Shown here in pieces: positions 60,960 to 64,000 of a stretch of 64,000 bases of DNA. How positions within the stretch are numbered: position 1 is the stretch's first letter; the number at the start of each line of letters is the position of its first letter. The position numbers were made by a program, and so were the translations under genes. Source of the DNA: Eutreptiella sp. 'Long Island Sound 2002' (taxonomy: Eukaryota > Protista > Euglenida); the NCBI GenBank assembly GCA_964036045.1, contig OZ038378.1, positions 48,856,001-48,920,000 on the forward strand, in the 5' to 3' direction. The notes under the pieces were generated by a model. The model was given only the letters and a program-made list of their open reading frames with translations. It searched no databases and was not told the origin of the DNA.

Positions 60960-63100
60960 AGCGATGGGACACTTCATACTAGAAGACCACGGGGACAATG
61001 GGAAAGGCACGGAAGTGCAATGCACACACGCCCTGGCGCACACGCACGTCAACTACACCATCCCCACCTCAAATATGCTCGTCACATATGATGAAGCACG
61101 GAAGTCCACGTACAGACCGCAGGCCGGCACCGAAGGCACAGCGTACACGGTGTACACCTGGACACAATACGGAGACCTGCCAGCCTCCATCTGGCACCCA
61201 GACCCGTCCTGGCATCAACGCCTCCATGGGAGGCGAGTGCCCCGTGAGAGCATCAAACCCGTGGGGAGCAGCGCCACCGGCGCCCACGGCAGCCCCCCCC
61301 CCCAACATCATAAACTCCGCTCTCGCAAACACCAGGATGCCTCTCATAGACAGGGGGTGCCCCACCTCGGATGACACCACCAACCACAGAACGCGGGGCA
61401 CCATCAGAAGGGCCCTACACCACGACATTGACCGCGACCAAGCCACCTGGATCGACCAAGGGTCTGTTATCAAAAGGTGGGGGGGTGGTTGAACACCCTA
61501 AACCCCAAAAAACTGCGCAGGGTGGCAGGACTCTACATACTCTACCCCGTGCCCCACGGCACGGATGATTCCTGCCCCCACGCCCTGTTCCAGCCATTTC
61601 CCCCACAGCCCGCCCCACTCCCAGGTGTCTACCTCAACACAGTAACAGGTGCCAAAGGGGTATACCTCACGACGGGAGACACCACGGGCCAAGCCATCCC
61701 TCTCGATCAGGTGCACCACATGGCCCCGGGGCCACCACTACCCAACACCGACAAACCACGGCACCCGCTGGCAGGACGGGGCGCACGCGACCCCAGGCCA
61801 GCGGACCCAAACGCCCCAGGCCCCAACAGAGGGCTGCTACACCTCACCATGAAACACACGGCCCACCTCCTGCCAACCCTGGCGGGAGAAAAGTACTTCA
61901 TCGTGGAAGGCCTATCAGACCATGTCATCACCCTAGCAACCAACACCTCGGCAGCCACAACAGACACCTGGGACGTTGCCGTGGGGCACCCCAAGGCACG
62001 TAAGGACAGGGTGCAAGAAACAGAAGACACCCTGACACCGGACCTTGTCAACCATCTCGTGAACCTGACCAGCCCACCGGAGCAGCACAACCGGAAAACC
62101 GAAGGTCCGAAGGTCACTGATTGGACGGCCTTTATTGACAGGCCCCCAGGTGCCCCCACGGTGACATCTACATGCCACCAACACACATGGTGGGTAGCAC
62201 AATTGAACGCCACGGGCACAACGGACAGAGTCCACACATTCACACCAGAAGCGAAACCAGCGACCCCACTGGCACTCGGGGACCGTTTTAAACACTCCAC
62301 CCACCACACCAACCACCCCCGGGTGCACTGGTTGGCCCTCAAAACGGCGATGCACTGGACAGTGGATGCCCTGACCAAGGACACGGCGCTGCTCGAGACG
62401 GGGTTCACACTCACTCGCAACCTGGTAGCCTACATAAGAATGCACGGGACAGCAAAGGCGGAAATTTGGATGTCCTGGCCCATGGACACGGAACAAACCT
62501 TCAAACTTCGCACCAGCAGCCTACAAGAACACGCAAACCAATTTCAGGGTATGCAGCGAGCTGGAGAGGGGCAAGGACCGGCATACAGCATATTTCAACA
62601 CCGCAACGCACTGGAGCCGGCCCCGAAACCGGCACCAGAACAACCCCGGCCCAAGCTGAGGCCCCGTCCAGGGGGAGCGTACACCTCAGCGAGCGGGGCC
62701 AAACTGCGCAAACGGGAATCAAAAGCGGCCCCAGTGCGCTGCCGCCTGATCCGCAACCAAAGCCAAAGCCCCAAGCGTGCCCATTCTTCACGCCGGCGGA
62801 ATGTGCTGCCATGCACCCCGAGTGGCCAGACGGCGCGGAAGTACAGGGGGTGTTTGGGGCCACAATTAGGGGGCAACCGAAGCAATTTGTCTGGTTCCGG
62901 GGGAAGATACAGGGCAGACTGGCCACACCCGGCCAACATGGCAACCTGCAGCTGAAGATCAAATGGCAAGCACTCCCGAAGTGGGGCGAAAAAGCGGAGA
63001 CCTCAAACCTCGAACTCTGGGACAACAGGCAATTCTGGAGTGCCCGGTGCAGCTCCGCACACCCGCAAACCAGGTGTAATGGGCACGCATGCCCAGGCTG
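60960..63100 (+). pseudogene. GC-rich LINE-like N-terminal ORF fragment (possible degenerate Ulp1-like and Tudor-like segments)
   Basis: Long frameshifted ORFs 60964-61374, 61477-62955, 62466-63101; TLTPDLVNHLVNL..HTWWVAQL; VWFRGKIQG..LKIKW. Confidence 0.35.
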
Positions 63101-63319
63101 AGAACACGAGTCCTGTAGCTTAGGATGCGTCGGGTGTGTGCAGAAATAAAGGATTTTCCTTGCATGAAAAGTGCTGTTTTACATGCACGATACCGTGAAT
63201 TAATTGTAGATTAATACTCAGAATTATTGTGTTGTATTTTAGGACATTGAACGATCGAGACCGGACAAAGGGTTTGTCGGTCTGAGATCTGTAAGTGCTG
63301 AAATGGGCTCTTTGGAATT

Positions 63320-64000
63320 GTGCTATGCATCGTTTGCCTTACAAGACCGACACCTAAGTTTTCGTTTCCTGAGTTCTTTGAGAATTGTTACCGGTGCGCG
63401 TTACGCCAGTTGGAGTATTTTTTTCGGTGTGGTTCCGTAATGGAGTTCATGAGTCACCTTTTGGACTGGGACGACATTTTTCGTACTGATGAAGATATCC
63501 AAGAAGTTCGCCGCTTGCGACAGGTTTCATTGAGCGCTGGTGAATACGCCGAAAAATTTCCTCGTCCATGGATTCATTCAAGAAGGACAAGACTGGTATG
63601 CGTTGTTACAGGCACGTGTGAGAGCAATTCGTCAGTGCCCAAATACGCCCGGAGTTGTCCTTCAAGGAATCGAACTGTGTCAGCGCCTTCACCATGGCAG
63701 AGCTCTTGACAAATTGACGAGCGCTGAGTGGGACCACCCTGCGAAGCAATGTACCACAGTAGTCCGTGCGATGGAGAAACTCCGCAGTGGCCTTAAGGCG
63801 TATCAAGGTTCCTGTCCGCGTGCTCTGTTTGAATGGCCAGAGTATCAGCAGCAATGGAACTTGCTTGTGGACCACGCAAAAAAGGGAGACTGCAGCGGGT
63901 GTCACCAGCGAGCAGAGATTTACAAGGAGGAGGACGAACAACGAAAAGAAGAAGGAGACCAACAGGCAAAGAGCAGGCGCAAGCGTTGCGGCAGAAAGCA
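63320..64000 (+). pseudogene. gag: Ty3/gypsy Gag (Retrotrans_gag-like) running off the window end
   Basis: EVRRLRQVSLSAGEYAEKF matches L..LRQ...S..EY..KF; downstream EKLRSGLK; preceded by an AT-rich possible LTR from ~63114. Confidence 0.7.

Larger units (their letters stand above)
57190..60960 (-). mobile_element. pol: Ty3/gypsy pol fragment (RNase H and integrase) interrupted by retroposon copy 2
   Basis: YHLYTDASK, FMSRKMQ..YPIQEQELLAIVLALKQW, ARRVEFIEEYN..PAADASSR; YVLSCDVCQ (restored across the insertion); VVYRLLKRGMFIP..TANDVVHVF. Confidence 0.88.

Noticed and set aside
1-64000. tRNA, rRNA or a complete SL-RNA gene
   Set aside because: No cloverleaf or rRNA signature was seen by eye; the SL-like matches are partial and lie inside LTR elements.

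Overview
Transposon-saturated eukaryotic DNA. I recognise no host gene, rRNA, tRNA or CRISPR array with confidence. Two matches to the euglenid spliced leader (recalled from memory) tentatively suggest a euglenid host. Left to right: (1) 500-13361, a complete but decayed Ty3/gypsy chromovirus-like LTR retrotransposon with LTRs, PBS, PPT and a 4-bp TSD. Its polyprotein reads Gag-CCHC-protease-dUTPase-DIRS-type N6-adenine methyltransferase-RT-RNase H-(integrase core missing)-GPY/F-chromodomain. (2) 13.4-29.9 kb, a mosaic of GC-rich LINE-like remnants with Ulp1/C48-like protease motifs, a possible Helitron Rep remnant, satellites and head-to-tail composite units ending in (CCTA)n. (3) Two diverged ~2.1-kb poly(A)-tailed, TSD-flanked retroposons at 29894-32028 (-) and 57552-59657 (+). 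They lack RT, encode one CCCH + zinc-ribbon protein, and share 5' and 3'-hairpin terminal motifs; this is the best candidate for an undescribed system. (4) 33991-37408, a young non-autonomous LTR element with an 11-nt Tf1-like self-priming PBS and the same PPT as element 1. (5) ~37.9-48.6 kb (-), a LINE over 10 kb long with Ulp1-APE-RT-RNase H-CCHC and a long C-terminal extension. (6) 53.6-64 kb, nested gypsy remnants. All domain calls come from reading motifs by eye; no HMM or BLAST search was run.
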